DNA of 24,906 nucleotides from Candidatus Zixiibacteriota bacterium (GTDB lineage Bacteria > Zixibacteria > MSB-5A5 > CAIYYT01). Under the pieces are notes generated by a model. The model was not told the DNA's origin. It ran no database searches and saw only the letters and a list, made by a program, of their open reading frames with translations. Both the position numbers and the translations under genes were made by a program. Shown piece by piece: positions 1 through 9,034 of the stretch; position 1 is the first letter of the stretch, and each line of letters opens with the position of its first letter. The stretch spans positions 1 to 24,906 of the forward strand of contig JBECKX010000144.1 in assembly GCA_040235515.1 (NCBI GenBank). The letters run 5' to 3'.

Positions 1-1656
1 ACTCGTTCCGAGATAGACCCGGAGAATCACGCTTTGATCAGCGCTGCCCGTGATGCACTCCCCGCGCAGAATCACGCCTGGAAAGATAACTGGAGTTTCC
101 TTGCAGAGAAGACTGCAGACTCACTCATCATCATAGGTGGAACTAAGGCAGGCGCCACCATCCCAGATTCGGTTCTCTTCTTTCCGGAAGAGAAGGGGCT
201 GATAGAAAACGCCGCCCCGCAGGTTCTCACGCTGGCGGAGGATGGTTTCCGCCTCGCGATTCCGCGTAATTCACTCTTCACCGGATCGCTCGACTCGCTC
301 TCAGGGTTGCTGGTAGTCGAGGGAGACTGGAATCTTGACCACGCTACTCATGCCATCCGTTTCATGTCTCAGTTTGATAATGTTCCGACTTCCGGGGTTG
401 CTACCGCAGCCGCCGGCGGGTCAATCAGCTTCTGGGAGGCGCTGCTGTTTGCGTTCATCGGGGGACTGATCCTGAACCTGATGCCATGCGTGCTGCCGGT
501 GCTCTCGATCAAAATCCTCGGGTTTGTCCAGCAGGCGCACCATGACCGCAAAGATACGTTTCTTCATAGCCTTAGCTTCCTGATCGGAGTGCTGATCTCG
601 TTTTGGGTGCTCGCGGGAGCTTTGCTGCTGTTGCGAGCCGGCGGAGAGCATCTCGGCTGGGGATTTCAACTCCAATCACCGGCGTTTCTGATCATACTGG
701 CCGCTTTGATGTTCCTGATGGGGCTCAACCTCTTCGGCGTCTTTGAAGTCGGCGCGAGTCTGACCGGTGTGGGGGGAGGGAGCCGCCGCTCAGGGATGCT
801 TGGCTCGTTCATTTCAGGCATCACCGCCACGGTTGTCGCGACTCCCTGCACGGCTCCATTCATGGGTAGCGCCCTCGGGTTTTCGCTAACTCAGCCGCCG
901 CTTGTTTCACTCGCCATCTTTACCATGCTGGGTGCGGGGATGGCGGCACCCTTCGTGCTTGTAACGAACGTCCCGGCGCTTGTACGTTTCCTGCCGAAAC
1001 CGGGACGCTGGATGGAAACCCTCAAACAGTTCATGGGATTTCTCCTGATGGCTACAGTCGTCTGGCTCGCGTGGGTGCTCGGCATCCAGGGAGGCAGTGA
1101 TCTGGTCGTGTGGTTGCTGGGCGCGCTGCTGATCGTCGCTATCGGCGCCTGGATTCTCGGCCGCTGGGGTGGTCTGGCAAGCGGTACGGCGGTTCGCTAT
1201 ACCGCCAAGCTGGTCTCGACCGCTCTTATCATCGGGGTTGTGGCCTTTACGGCACTCAATGCAGATGTCGCTTCAAACTCAGCGGCGGATCAGGCTCTGG
1301 TGGATGGCAAACTGACCTGGGAGCCATATTCCAGCGATCGAGTCGCAGGGTTGCGCTCCAGCGGACAGCCGGTGTTGATCGATTTTACAGCGGCCTGGTG
1401 CCTTAGCTGTAAAGTCAACGAGCGGGTCGCGTTCGGGGCGGATGAAGTTCAAGCAAAGCTGATTGAGAAAAACGTGGCGACTATCAAGGCAGACTGGACG
1501 AACCGGAGTGATGAGATAACCGCCGCGCTGGCGGAGTTCGGCCGTAACAGCGTGCCGCTCTATGTGCTTTACTCCGGTGAGGACGGGAGAGAACCGCTGG
1601 TGTTACCGGAGATTCTGACACCCAGGATCGTCCTGGACGCGTTGGAAAAGATTTAG
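1..1656 (+). CDS. dsbD: Thiol:disulfide interchange protein, DsbD family (transmembrane domain plus C-terminal thioredoxin); 5'-truncated by the window edge
   Basis: Frame is open from base 1 (TRSEIDPENHAL...), so TTG34 is not the true start. DsbD membrane motifs LNLMPCVLPVL and ATPCTAPFMG, about 8 hydrophobic segments, and C-terminal DFTAAWCLSCKVNE (WCxxC). Confidence 0.9.
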   Translation, partial: TRSEIDPENHALISAARDALPAQNHAWKDNWSFLAEKTADSLIIIGGTKAGATIPDSVLFFPEEKGLIENAAPQVLTLAEDGFRLAIPRNSLFTGSLDSLSGLLVVEGDWNLDHATHAIRFMSQFDNVPTSGVATAAAGGSISFWEALLFAFIGGLILNLMPCVLPVLSIKILGFVQQAHHDRKDTFLHSLSFLIGVLISFWVLAGALLLLRAGGEHLGWGFQLQSPAFLIILAALMFLMGLNLFGVFEVGASLTGVGGGSRRSGMLGSFISGITATVVATPCTAPFMGSALGFSLTQPPLVSLAIFTMLGAGMAAPFVLVTNVPALVRFLPKPGRWMETLKQFMGFLLMATVVWLAWVLGIQGGSDLVVWLLGALLIVAIGAWILGRWGGLASGTAVRYTAKLVSTALIIGVVAFTALNADVASNSAADQALVDGKLTWEPYSSDRVAGLRSSGQPVLIDFTAAWCLSCKVNERVAFGADEVQAKLIEKNVATIKADWTNRSDEITAALAEFGRNSVPLYVLYSGEDGREPLVLPEILTPRIVLDALEKI

Positions 1657-1758
1657 GCGAAAGCAAAATAGAAGACCAACAACATAAACCGGTTCTGCAG
1701 TCAAGCCCACACCGCAGATCCTTATACTTCAACACCGTGGGCGTGTGAGGTGACAGAA

Positions 1759-2487
1759 ATGAGAGTTTGGAAGATTGCACTGGCGATGTTGACCGTCGCG
1801 GCACTGGTTGCGGCATCCGTCGTGATTGCCGGCGAAAAGATGGAAGCCGGGAAGATGGAAGCCAAGAAGGGTGAGATGATGGAGAAGATGGAGGGGAAGA
1901 TGACCGCCGAGATCGCCATCGATCAACCCGCCCCCAATTTCAGCCTGATGGGAGTTGATGGCAAGACCTACTCCCTCGCCGACTTCAAAGGCAAAAACGT
2001 CGTGCTTGAATGGGTCAATTTCGATTGCCCGTTTGTGAAGAAGCATTATCACTCCGGAAACATGCAGCAGTTGCAGCAGCAGTACGGCGGCAAGGAAGAT
2101 ATCGTCTGGTTGTCGATCTGCTCCTCAGCTCCCGGTATGCAGGGTAACTTCACCGGAGAGGAACTGACCGAGCGCATCAAGCAGGAAGAGTGGAGCGGAT
2201 CTGCCTACCTGATCGATGCCGATGGCTCCGTCGGTCGCATGTATGGCGCCAAGACGACACCGCACATGTTCGTGATTGATAAGGAAGGTGTCCTGCGCTA
2301 CGCCGGCGCGATTGACAACATCCCCTCCACCCGTGTCGAGGATGTGAAGGAAGCCACCAACTTTGTCTCAGCGGCGCTTGACAACATCATGGCCAACAAG
2401 GCAGTCGCCACCAAGAGTTCGACTCCGTACGGCTGCAGCGTCAAGTATGCCAAGGATTCAAAAGCCGAAGCTAATAAGACACTCTAA
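1759..2487 (+). CDS. Secreted thioredoxin-fold redoxin (AhpC/TSA-like family)
   Basis: GAGGTG RBS before ATG1759; signal peptide; APNFSL..DGKTYSLADFKGKNVVLEWVNFDCPFV; YGAKTTPHMFVID; YAGAID; C-terminal YGCSVKY. Adjacent to dsbD. Confidence 0.85.
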   Translation: MRVWKIALAMLTVAALVAASVVIAGEKMEAGKMEAKKGEMMEKMEGKMTAEIAIDQPAPNFSLMGVDGKTYSLADFKGKNVVLEWVNFDCPFVKKHYHSGNMQQLQQQYGGKEDIVWLSICSSAPGMQGNFTGEELTERIKQEEWSGSAYLIDADGSVGRMYGAKTTPHMFVIDKEGVLRYAGAIDNIPSTRVEDVKEATNFVSAALDNIMANKAVATKSSTPYGCSVKYAKDSKAEANKTL

Positions 2488-2544
2488 TTAGTTCCTGTAG
2501 TGAGCTGATAGATAAGCGCTTATGGCTGCGCCGTGAACGCTCAC

Positions 2545-2574
2545 AACGCCGGGTGAAAATCCCGGCGTTTTTTT
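2545..2574 (+). terminator. Rho-independent terminator after the dsbD-redoxin pair
   Basis: AACGCCGGG-tgaaaat-CCCGGCGTT hairpin followed by a T run. Confidence 0.85.
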
Positions 2575-2741
2575 GTTGGCTGCTTCCTTTATGAAGATTC
2601 TTCTGTTCCAAATGCAGGGAAGATCGTAAGAGTAATATCGTAAGTGTAGTGAGTCTGTCGCAAACCCGGAGCCTTTCCCGGTTTGAGGCAGAGAATGATC
2701 TTTGAATGCAACGATAATCTTGAATCAATGCGAGACTCGAT

Positions 2742-3227
2742 ATGAAAAACAAGCTGCTCATCTATCTGATCCTGTTGCTGATTGTCACGTCAGCTTCTTC
2801 ACTCTCGGCCCAGCGCGTATTCGGCCTGCACGGAATCGGGCCACGACTCGGAGTCACGATCGACCCCGATCAGTTCCACTTTGGTGGACAACTCGATCTG
2901 GGCGACCTTGCGCCACAGCTAATGATGGTTCCCAATGTCGAAGTCGGATTGGGCGACAACCTCACCGTGATCACCACGATGCTGGAAGTCGACTACCGCT
3001 TTCGCCAGGACTGGGGTAGCTGGAATCCCTATCTCGGGGGTGGAATCGGGCCGGTCTTTTATGACAGCGATTTCGGGCGCAGCAACACCGAACTCGGTTT
3101 GACCCTGCAGGGAGGAATCGCCCGCAGGTTGGTGAGCCGGGCCGGATTCATGTTTATCGAAGTGAAACTCGGACTGGTGGATGCCCCCGACTTCAAGGCA
3201 ACGGTGGGGTGGATGTTCGGCTCGTAG
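2742..3227 (+). CDS. Small outer-membrane beta-barrel protein
   Basis: Signal peptide; alternating beta-strand pattern; NPYLGGGIG; C-terminal FKATVGWMF aromatic strand. Confidence 0.75.
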   Translation: MKNKLLIYLILLLIVTSASSLSAQRVFGLHGIGPRLGVTIDPDQFHFGGQLDLGDLAPQLMMVPNVEVGLGDNLTVITTMLEVDYRFRQDWGSWNPYLGGGIGPVFYDSDFGRSNTELGLTLQGGIARRLVSRAGFMFIEVKLGLVDAPDFKATVGWMFGS

Positions 3228-3313
3228 GGGTCAATCCGGCAGCTGACTCAGAAGCTGACCAGGCGGCGCTCAGAAATGGAAGGATGATGCAAGGGAGGTA
3301 GGCAGGGGGTTGA

Positions 3314-3658
3314 CTAGTCGCTGCTTTCCCGGTGCCGGTATTTCAGCACCTTGATCTTTTCCAGCGTAACCAGCCCCTCGTCCATGATTGCATCGAGTTG
3401 CGGCAGGAACTGATCGACCCGCTCCTTGGCGTCGACAATCTCGATTACGATCGGCAGGTCCTGCGAGAGCCGCAACACTTTGGAAGTATGTATGCGGCTG
3501 TGCGCACCATAGCCGAGCGTCCCCCGCAGCACTGTCGAGCCTGCCAGGCCATTCTTGCGCGCCAGTTCAACGATCACTTCATACAACGGCCGTCCATCAT
3601 GCTTGTCATCCTCGCCGATGAAAATCCGCAGCAGTTGTGCGTCTTCAGGTAGATTCAT
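3314..3658 (-). CDS. DUF190 family protein (PII-like; typical crcB neighbour)
   Basis: LLRIFIGEDD...PLYE...GLAGSTVLRG..GYG...LSQDLPIVIEIVD; directly downstream of crcB; GAGGTTGAGG RBS. Confidence 0.9.
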   Translation of the reverse strand: MNLPEDAQLLRIFIGEDDKHDGRPLYEVIVELARKNGLAGSTVLRGTLGYGAHSRIHTSKVLRLSQDLPIVIEIVDAKERVDQFLPQLDAIMDEGLVTLEKIKVLKYRHRESSD

Positions 3659-3697
3659 CCCTCAACCTCAACTTCCGTTCGCTTCCTCAAGCCTCGA

Positions 3698-4072
3698 TCA
3701 GAACAAGCGTGCCAGGAGGATACCCGCATAGAGCGCTACGAGTCCAACCACAACCTGTCCGACCAGGTTCAGTCCCATCATAAAGTACTGCGCGTCACGC
3801 AGGAGTTGATTCGATTCGAAAATAAAAGTCGAAAAAGTAGTGAATGAGCCCATGAACCCCACCAGGATTACGGTACGCCATTCGCCGCTGATCAGCAAGC
3901 GGTCTTCCGACAGAGTCCAGATCAGTCCGAACAATACACAGCCGACGACGTTTACGATGAACGTGCCGAGCGGATAACTGACTTCGATGATCCGATGCAC
4001 AAGACCCGCCAGTCCGTAGCGAGCAAGCGCACCGACGCCTCCGCTGGCGGCTATCAGGAGCAGCTTGGTCAT
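3698..4072 (-). CDS. crcB: Fluoride efflux channel CrcB/FluC
   Basis: 124 aa, four TM segments, GGVGALARY, GTFIVNVVGC and the signature GFMGSFTTFSTF. Confidence 0.95.
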   Translation of the reverse strand: MTKLLLIAASGGVGALARYGLAGLVHRIIEVSYPLGTFIVNVVGCVLFGLIWTLSEDRLLISGEWRTVILVGFMGSFTTFSTFIFESNQLLRDAQYFMMGLNLVGQVVVGLVALYAGILLARLF

Positions 4073-4080
4073 CGACGCGA

Positions 4081-4860
4081 TCAGCTCCGCTTGGTGAGAA
4101 GTTCCCTGCGATCAAAGAGAAGCGCAGATGAGGATACCAGGGCGATAATCCAGACGAGGAAATATCCGATCGCGTTCCAGATCGGTCGCAGACTCTCCAC
4201 GTCAGCGCCCAGCATCGCCGAAGGTGAGTAGGAGATCGAGCGTTCTACCGTGATCGCCTGGATCCCAACTCCGATCGCCTGCCATACACCACTTGTGAGT
4301 TGGGCGAGCAGGCCACCGATCCCTCCGACGAAAAACAGCACGACAGAGAGCACCACAGCGAGCACCGGATTGAAGAAATTCGAGAAGAAGAGCACGATGG
4401 CGAATGTCACGATCAGGCTCAGGAACTGCTGCACAACATAGAGCAGGAAGCTCGCCGGCGGCACATACGAGAAAATGAACAGGTCGAAGATGCCGAACAG
4501 CAGCAGAGCTACCACGAAGTAAAGCGCCAGCGCCGCGACGCAGCCAATCACCTTGCCAAAAAAGAGGGAGAATCTTGAGAGGGGCCGAGCCGCGAAGGTC
4601 AGGATGGTGCCATCCCGCAAATCCTGTCGCCAGCAGGTAGCGCCGATCAACAGCGCCGCGACATGCCCGATAAAGGAGATGTAACCAAAGTAGGTCTCAA
4701 GCGCGACCGCCCCGCTGATCTTTGCGCCCTGCACTCCGGCCATGATGATTATCGGCAGGAAGACCAGGAGCGAGATGAACGCGGCGACGATCAGGAAGAT
4801 CAGCAGCATCTTTGAATTGCGCAGCTTACTCAACTTCTGTCTGGCTATCACACTAATCAT
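4081..4860 (-). CDS. ABC-2 type transporter permease
   Basis: About 6 TM segments; DLRDGTILTFAARPLSR..LFFGK loop; C-terminal FDRREL; overlaps the end of the ATPase gene. Confidence 0.85.
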   Translation of the reverse strand: MISVIARQKLSKLRNSKMLLIFLIVAAFISLLVFLPIIIMAGVQGAKISGAVALETYFGYISFIGHVAALLIGATCWRQDLRDGTILTFAARPLSRFSLFFGKVIGCVAALALYFVVALLLFGIFDLFIFSYVPPASFLLYVVQQFLSLIVTFAIVLFFSNFFNPVLAVVLSVVLFFVGGIGGLLAQLTSGVWQAIGVGIQAITVERSISYSPSAMLGADVESLRPIWNAIGYFLVWIIALVSSSALLFDRRELLTKRS

Positions 4861-5791
4861 CGCTCAACTCCTCATGTTGCAGCAACTGCAGGAATCGATG
4901 TTGCAGGCTGGCGCCGGCAGGGCGGACCAGTGTGATATCCGCATCTGACTTGAGCAGCCGCTCCAGGAGTTGATCCTTGGCTGTCCGCGTGTCGCAGGTG
5001 ATTTCGTACTTACCCTCGGCGATCCGCTTGAATGCGCTTGCACTCTGCAGCTCCGCCACCAATTGGTTGTCGCTCGAGTCGAATTGCACTCGATACGCCT
5101 TATGCTCGACGTGCAGCAGCTTGCCCAGGCTGTCAACTGCGAGCACTTCACCCTTGTTGATGATTGCGACACGATCCGCGATATCCTCGATGTCAGACAG
5201 GATATGAGTCGAAAGAAAGATTGTCTTACCCTCACCGCGCAACTTCTTGAGGAGATTCTTGATTTTGGCTTTGGCGATCGGGTCCATTCCGGAAGTGGGC
5301 TCATCGAGGATCAGCAGGTCAGGATCTCCGATCAGCGCCTGCGCCAGCCCGATCTTCTGCGTCATTCCCTTCGAGTAGCTCTTGATTCGCTGGCGCTGTG
5401 CTTCCGGCATGTCGAGGAACTCGAGCAACTCCGGTATGGCAGCTTCAATCTGTTCCTTCGTGCGAGAGGCCAGCTTGCCAAAAGTCCGCAGGAAGTGCTC
5501 ACCGCGCATGAAACCGTCGAAGCTGAAAATCTCCGGCAGAAATCCAACGCGCGCCCGCGCGCTCGGGTCGGTCGAGCTGATGCCGAATATCTCGCAACTG
5601 CCGCTGGTGGAATAGATGAAATCCATCACGATATGCATCGCGGTGGTCTTTCCCGCACCATTCGGTCCGAGAAACCCGAAGATCTCCCCGGCAGGTACCT
5701 CGAATGAGATTCCCTTGAGCGCCTCTCTGGCTGAGCGGCGGCGTTCATACACCTTGCGCAGGCTGTCGAATCTGATTGCAGCTACTGACAT
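4853..5791 (-). CDS. ABC transporter ATP-binding protein
   Basis: Walker A GPNGAGKT, signature YSKGM, Walker B LLILDEP, H-loop STH. Confidence 0.95.
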   Translation of the reverse strand: MSVAAIRFDSLRKVYERRRSAREALKGISFEVPAGEIFGFLGPNGAGKTTAMHIVMDFIYSTSGSCEIFGISSTDPSARARVGFLPEIFSFDGFMRGEHFLRTFGKLASRTKEQIEAAIPELLEFLDMPEAQRQRIKSYSKGMTQKIGLAQALIGDPDLLILDEPTSGMDPIAKAKIKNLLKKLRGEGKTIFLSTHILSDIEDIADRVAIINKGEVLAVDSLGKLLHVEHKAYRVQFDSSDNQLVAELQSASAFKRIAEGKYEITCDTRTAKDQLLERLLKSDADITLVRPAGASLQHRFLQLLQHEELSDD

Positions 5792-5838
5792 TGCTTATAA
5801 AGTCTCTGGCTTAAGTGCCTGTGTGATTTCTTTCGATT

Positions 5839-6474
5839 CTAAAATGTGAACTTGAGTCCACCACGTCCACCCGATGCCGCGAATGCGCGCATCCAGGTTT
5901 CGGCGCGTTTCTCGAGATGACCCTTGTCGTACCCCTCGATCAGGTCAATCATCTCGCCCTCGGTGCTATAGACCACGGTCAACGGGACGACACGAATATC
6001 CAGGTCCTCCATGTAGCTGCCGGAGGGGTTGAAGCCGAGGTAGGGGGCGAGTCGCTGAGTATCGACCGCGTCGGCGACCTGATCCCGGTCAGCTTCAAGT
6101 GTGATGAAATAGAACTGCAGGGCGGAGTCTGCCTCTGGCTTGGCTGCAAGCTCGACTGCCTCGTTCAACAATTCGAGGCTGCGTTCCGATTGGCTGGACC
6201 AGAAGATCAGGACCGAGAACTTTTTTGAATCCTTCTCCGGGATGGTGACGGTCGAGCCATCGAGCAACTCAAAGCTGAGATCCTCCACTGCGGTGCCGCG
6301 CTTGATGCTCGTGTCCGACCTGGTGATGATCTGGTATTGCCATACCGCCAACCCGAGCAGGGAGACGATCATCACTACCGTCAAAACTTTGCGCACCATC
6401 AGCGGATGGACTCCGGGTTTGCTCGTTGCTTCGCTCATAGATTCGCTTATTGATTCGTTCATTGATTCGTTCAA
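5839..6474 (-). CDS. Membrane-anchored TlpA/redoxin-like thioredoxin-fold protein lacking CxxC (start codon uncertain)
   Basis: N-terminal TM helix; G.AVEDLSFELLDG; VLIFWSSQSERS at the usual FWAxWCxxC position; IRVVPLTVVYSTEGEM cis-Pro segment. Confidence 0.65.
   Translation of the reverse strand: MNESMNESISESMSEATSKPGVHPLMVRKVLTVVMIVSLLGLAVWQYQIITRSDTSIKRGTAVEDLSFELLDGSTVTIPEKDSKKFSVLIFWSSQSERSLELLNEAVELAAKPEADSALQFYFITLEADRDQVADAVDTQRLAPYLGFNPSGSYMEDLDIRVVPLTVVYSTEGEMIDLIEGYDKGHLEKRAETWMRAFAASGGRGGLKFTF
6426..6473 (-). repeat. Four degenerate 12-bp tandem repeats at the 5' end of the thioredoxin-fold gene
   Basis: Minus strand reads TGAACGAATCAA TGAACGAATCAA TAAGCGAATCTA TGAGCGAAGCAA, encoding (M)NES-MNES-ISES-MSEA. 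Confidence 0.8.
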
Positions 6475-6478
6475 AGTC

Positions 6479-6781
6479 TCAAGCCGGCTGATCCGGCTTG
6501 GTCGCTCCCCGGTGGGGGGCGAGTCTATTCATCCGTTGGAGTATGCTTCCGATACCGAAAATCACGACCCCGAAACAAATGCCGACACCAGCGATGGAGC
6601 ATCCCACCGTCATCCGGGTGCGCTGCAAGGCATCTGCGACGGTCTGGGATTGCAGCATGGCGCTGAATAAATCATTTCCTCCAGCGACCTGGCTGGCGTC
6701 AATGCTGGAGGCGGTAAGGTATCCAGCCAGGATCCCCACGATTGCAACTATGATCCCCAATATCTTATAGATTCCGGCCAC
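6479..6781 (-). CDS. Small two-TM hypothetical membrane protein
   Basis: AAAGGAGGT RBS before GTG6781; two hydrophobic helices; co-directional within the gene run. Confidence 0.65.
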   Translation of the reverse strand: MAGIYKILGIIVAIVGILAGYLTASSIDASQVAGGNDLFSAMLQSQTVADALQRTRMTVGCSIAGVGICFGVVIFGIGSILQRMNRLAPHRGATKPDQPA

Positions 6782-6880
6782 ACAACCTCCTTTCGGTCCT
6801 GCTGATAGGTAATGTCCGCCGGGTAAGATTCCAACAAAAACCTCAGCCATTGGACCCGACAAACTCCCGCATTGTTTCCG

Positions 6881-8188
6881 TCAGAAAAACTGGTGCGAAG
6901 AGACATAGAGCACGAATTCGCCTGAGCGCGGATTGAGGGCAACGTCAATTCGCCCCACGTTGGCGAGGTACTGCTTCAGCGCGCCGCGCAAACCTATGCC
7001 GACCGACCAGAAGGGATCACCGATTTCATCCGAGAAGCTGGTAAAGCGTCCCCAGGCAACGCCATAGTCGGCAAACGCCGACACCTGGCTGTAGATCAAG
7101 CCTGTCTCGACCCCCCGCATTCGCAACTCGATGTTGGAACTGAGCAGGTGATCACCACGCCTGATCTTATCCTCGTAGCCGCGCACGTTGACATCCCCAG
7201 AAATCGAATAGGGGCGCACCCGCTCATCGCGCGAGGAAGTTTGCAGCCGAAGGCGCGCTGCCAGATTGAACCTGCTGAAGATACGATAGTGGCGCGCGGT
7301 CACGGCATACCGCCACTTGGAGAATCTACCCTCCGGCCGTTCATTGATCAGGGCGAAACTGTTGGTAATATCGGAGCCGTCATAGAAGAAACGGTCGTAG
7401 TAAACTCGCCCGAGGGTGAGCGCCGTGCTGAGCGTATAGCGCGGATTGTCGACCACTCTGACGCGCGGGATCGCGTCGCTGTCTTCCCGCAACGTCCAAC
7501 TCTCACGATCATAGCCACCGACCAGGGAGACGTAGGCTTTCTCATGCAGTCGCTTGCCCACCAACCCGGAGACGCCTTTGTGCAGGTAGTCGTAATTGCC
7601 GATCACTCCATCGAAACTGAGCGGGTCCTGTTCGCGCTGGTCATAGGCGCTGAAACCGACACTGATATCTTTCCCCAGGAGGCGAGATAACACAGCCGAG
7701 ACGTAGAAGGAATTCTTTCCCTCGAAGCGGCGGTAGTAGAGCGCGGTTTGGGCGTAGAGGCCGAGAAAGTCTTTCTCGATTGCACCGATCGACCAATCGA
7801 GCTTGCCCTCCGTCTGAGTGATTGCAACGCGCGGGAGGAGGGTCCACACCTCCGTGATCCTGAAATCGACCGCCACCGAGTCGCCCCGGCGGCTCAGGTA
7901 TGGCTCGACTTCGGAATAGATGCCGAGGCTGAAAAGCTTGCGCCGGTCGCGATCGAGCAACTTCAGGTCGAGCGAATCACCCACTTTCGAATCGATCTCT
8001 CGATTCAAGATGAAGCGCTTCGTCCTGAATTTTCCCGAAAACTGTATCGACCTGAGCGGGCTTCCCGCCAGCGCATCCGCAGCAGAAATATGGAGGGTGT
8101 CGGGCTGCTGACTCAATGCCGGCAGGGCAAGAGGCCCGCCGAGCACGATGGTTGCTAATGCGATGAAGTATAATACGTTACGGAACAC
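6881..8188 (-). CDS. Omp85/BamA-TamA family outer-membrane protein with a single POTRA domain
   Basis: Signal peptide; POTRA pattern (IQFSG..RTK..ILNREI...GD...DRRKL.SLGIYSEV); NVRGY loop motif; FADYG.AW, SVGIGLR, RIDVA; C-terminal Phe. Confidence 0.85.
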   Translation of the reverse strand: MFRNVLYFIALATIVLGGPLALPALSQQPDTLHISAADALAGSPLRSIQFSGKFRTKRFILNREIDSKVGDSLDLKLLDRDRRKLFSLGIYSEVEPYLSRRGDSVAVDFRITEVWTLLPRVAITQTEGKLDWSIGAIEKDFLGLYAQTALYYRRFEGKNSFYVSAVLSRLLGKDISVGFSAYDQREQDPLSFDGVIGNYDYLHKGVSGLVGKRLHEKAYVSLVGGYDRESWTLREDSDAIPRVRVVDNPRYTLSTALTLGRVYYDRFFYDGSDITNSFALINERPEGRFSKWRYAVTARHYRIFSRFNLAARLRLQTSSRDERVRPYSISGDVNVRGYEDKIRRGDHLLSSNIELRMRGVETGLIYSQVSAFADYGVAWGRFTSFSDEIGDPFWSVGIGLRGALKQYLANVGRIDVALNPRSGEFVLYVSSHQFF

Positions 8189-8409
8189 AGTTGAATCTAC
8201 GTGTCAATTCGCTGCTGTTGATTTGCCGGTCAGCTAACGTGACTTTTCCGACCGCCTGCGCAGACTTCAGTCACCCGCATTCCAGCCAACTTTTTTTGAT
8301 CCCAATCGCCACTGACCCTGCTTAACACGAAATTAATCTGACTCTCTTATTGAGTTATGGCGAAGTCTACCGATAACTTAAGTGTAGATAGGTCATTAAC
8401 AAAGGTATT

Positions 8410-8781
8410 ATGAGCAGCAACAAGAAAGTACTCATTGTTGACGATTTCGGCGATACCGGGAAAATCCTGGTTGAGATGTTCGACCATCTCCGCGTTCCGA
8501 CCGAATCGGTTGACAACCCCGGTGACGCTTTCGAGAAGGTCTCCAAACACCAGTACCGACTGGTGATCGCCGATTCGAGAATGCCAAAGCTCGACGGTGT
8601 CAGCTTGCTTAAGCGTATTCGGGAACGTTGGCCTGATACCAAGGTCGCGGTGATGTCTACGTTCAACTCAAGCAACACTCAGAAGCTGGTGGTTGCGGAT
8701 GATATCGACTACTATCTGCCCAAACCGATCAATATGAAGCATCTCGAGGATATCGCGCGCGATCTGGCGCTTACTCGCTAG
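8410..8781 (+). CDS. Single-domain response regulator receiver (CheY-like)
   Basis: VLIVDD, IADSRMPKLDG (phospho-acceptor Asp), VAVMST, YLPKP. Confidence 0.92.
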   Translation: MSSNKKVLIVDDFGDTGKILVEMFDHLRVPTESVDNPGDAFEKVSKHQYRLVIADSRMPKLDGVSLLKRIRERWPDTKVAVMSTFNSSNTQKLVVADDIDYYLPKPINMKHLEDIARDLALTR

Positions 8782-9034
8782 CACCTGCGGCAGCGGCTCC
8801 GACGCTCATCTTCCGGGCTGCTGCGACAACGCCGCGACAGGAAATCCTCAGCATCTCACGAAAATTCCGACTGACGGGGATGATCAGTGGTCTACCGCTT
8901 CATTTGCCCATTGTGACGGTGATTGAATTCATTACTTAACCCACGAATGTTTCGCATCTATTGCAACTCGTCAGATTATTCGTAGCTTGGAAGAGCAATC
9001 AATTCCAGATAAGAATGCCACAGGAGGTAAAAGC

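Noticed and set aside
4970..5707. Long antisense ORFs (also 7148-7690, 15050-15649, 16127-16774)
   Set aside because: Shadow frames of well-supported genes in GC-rich DNA.
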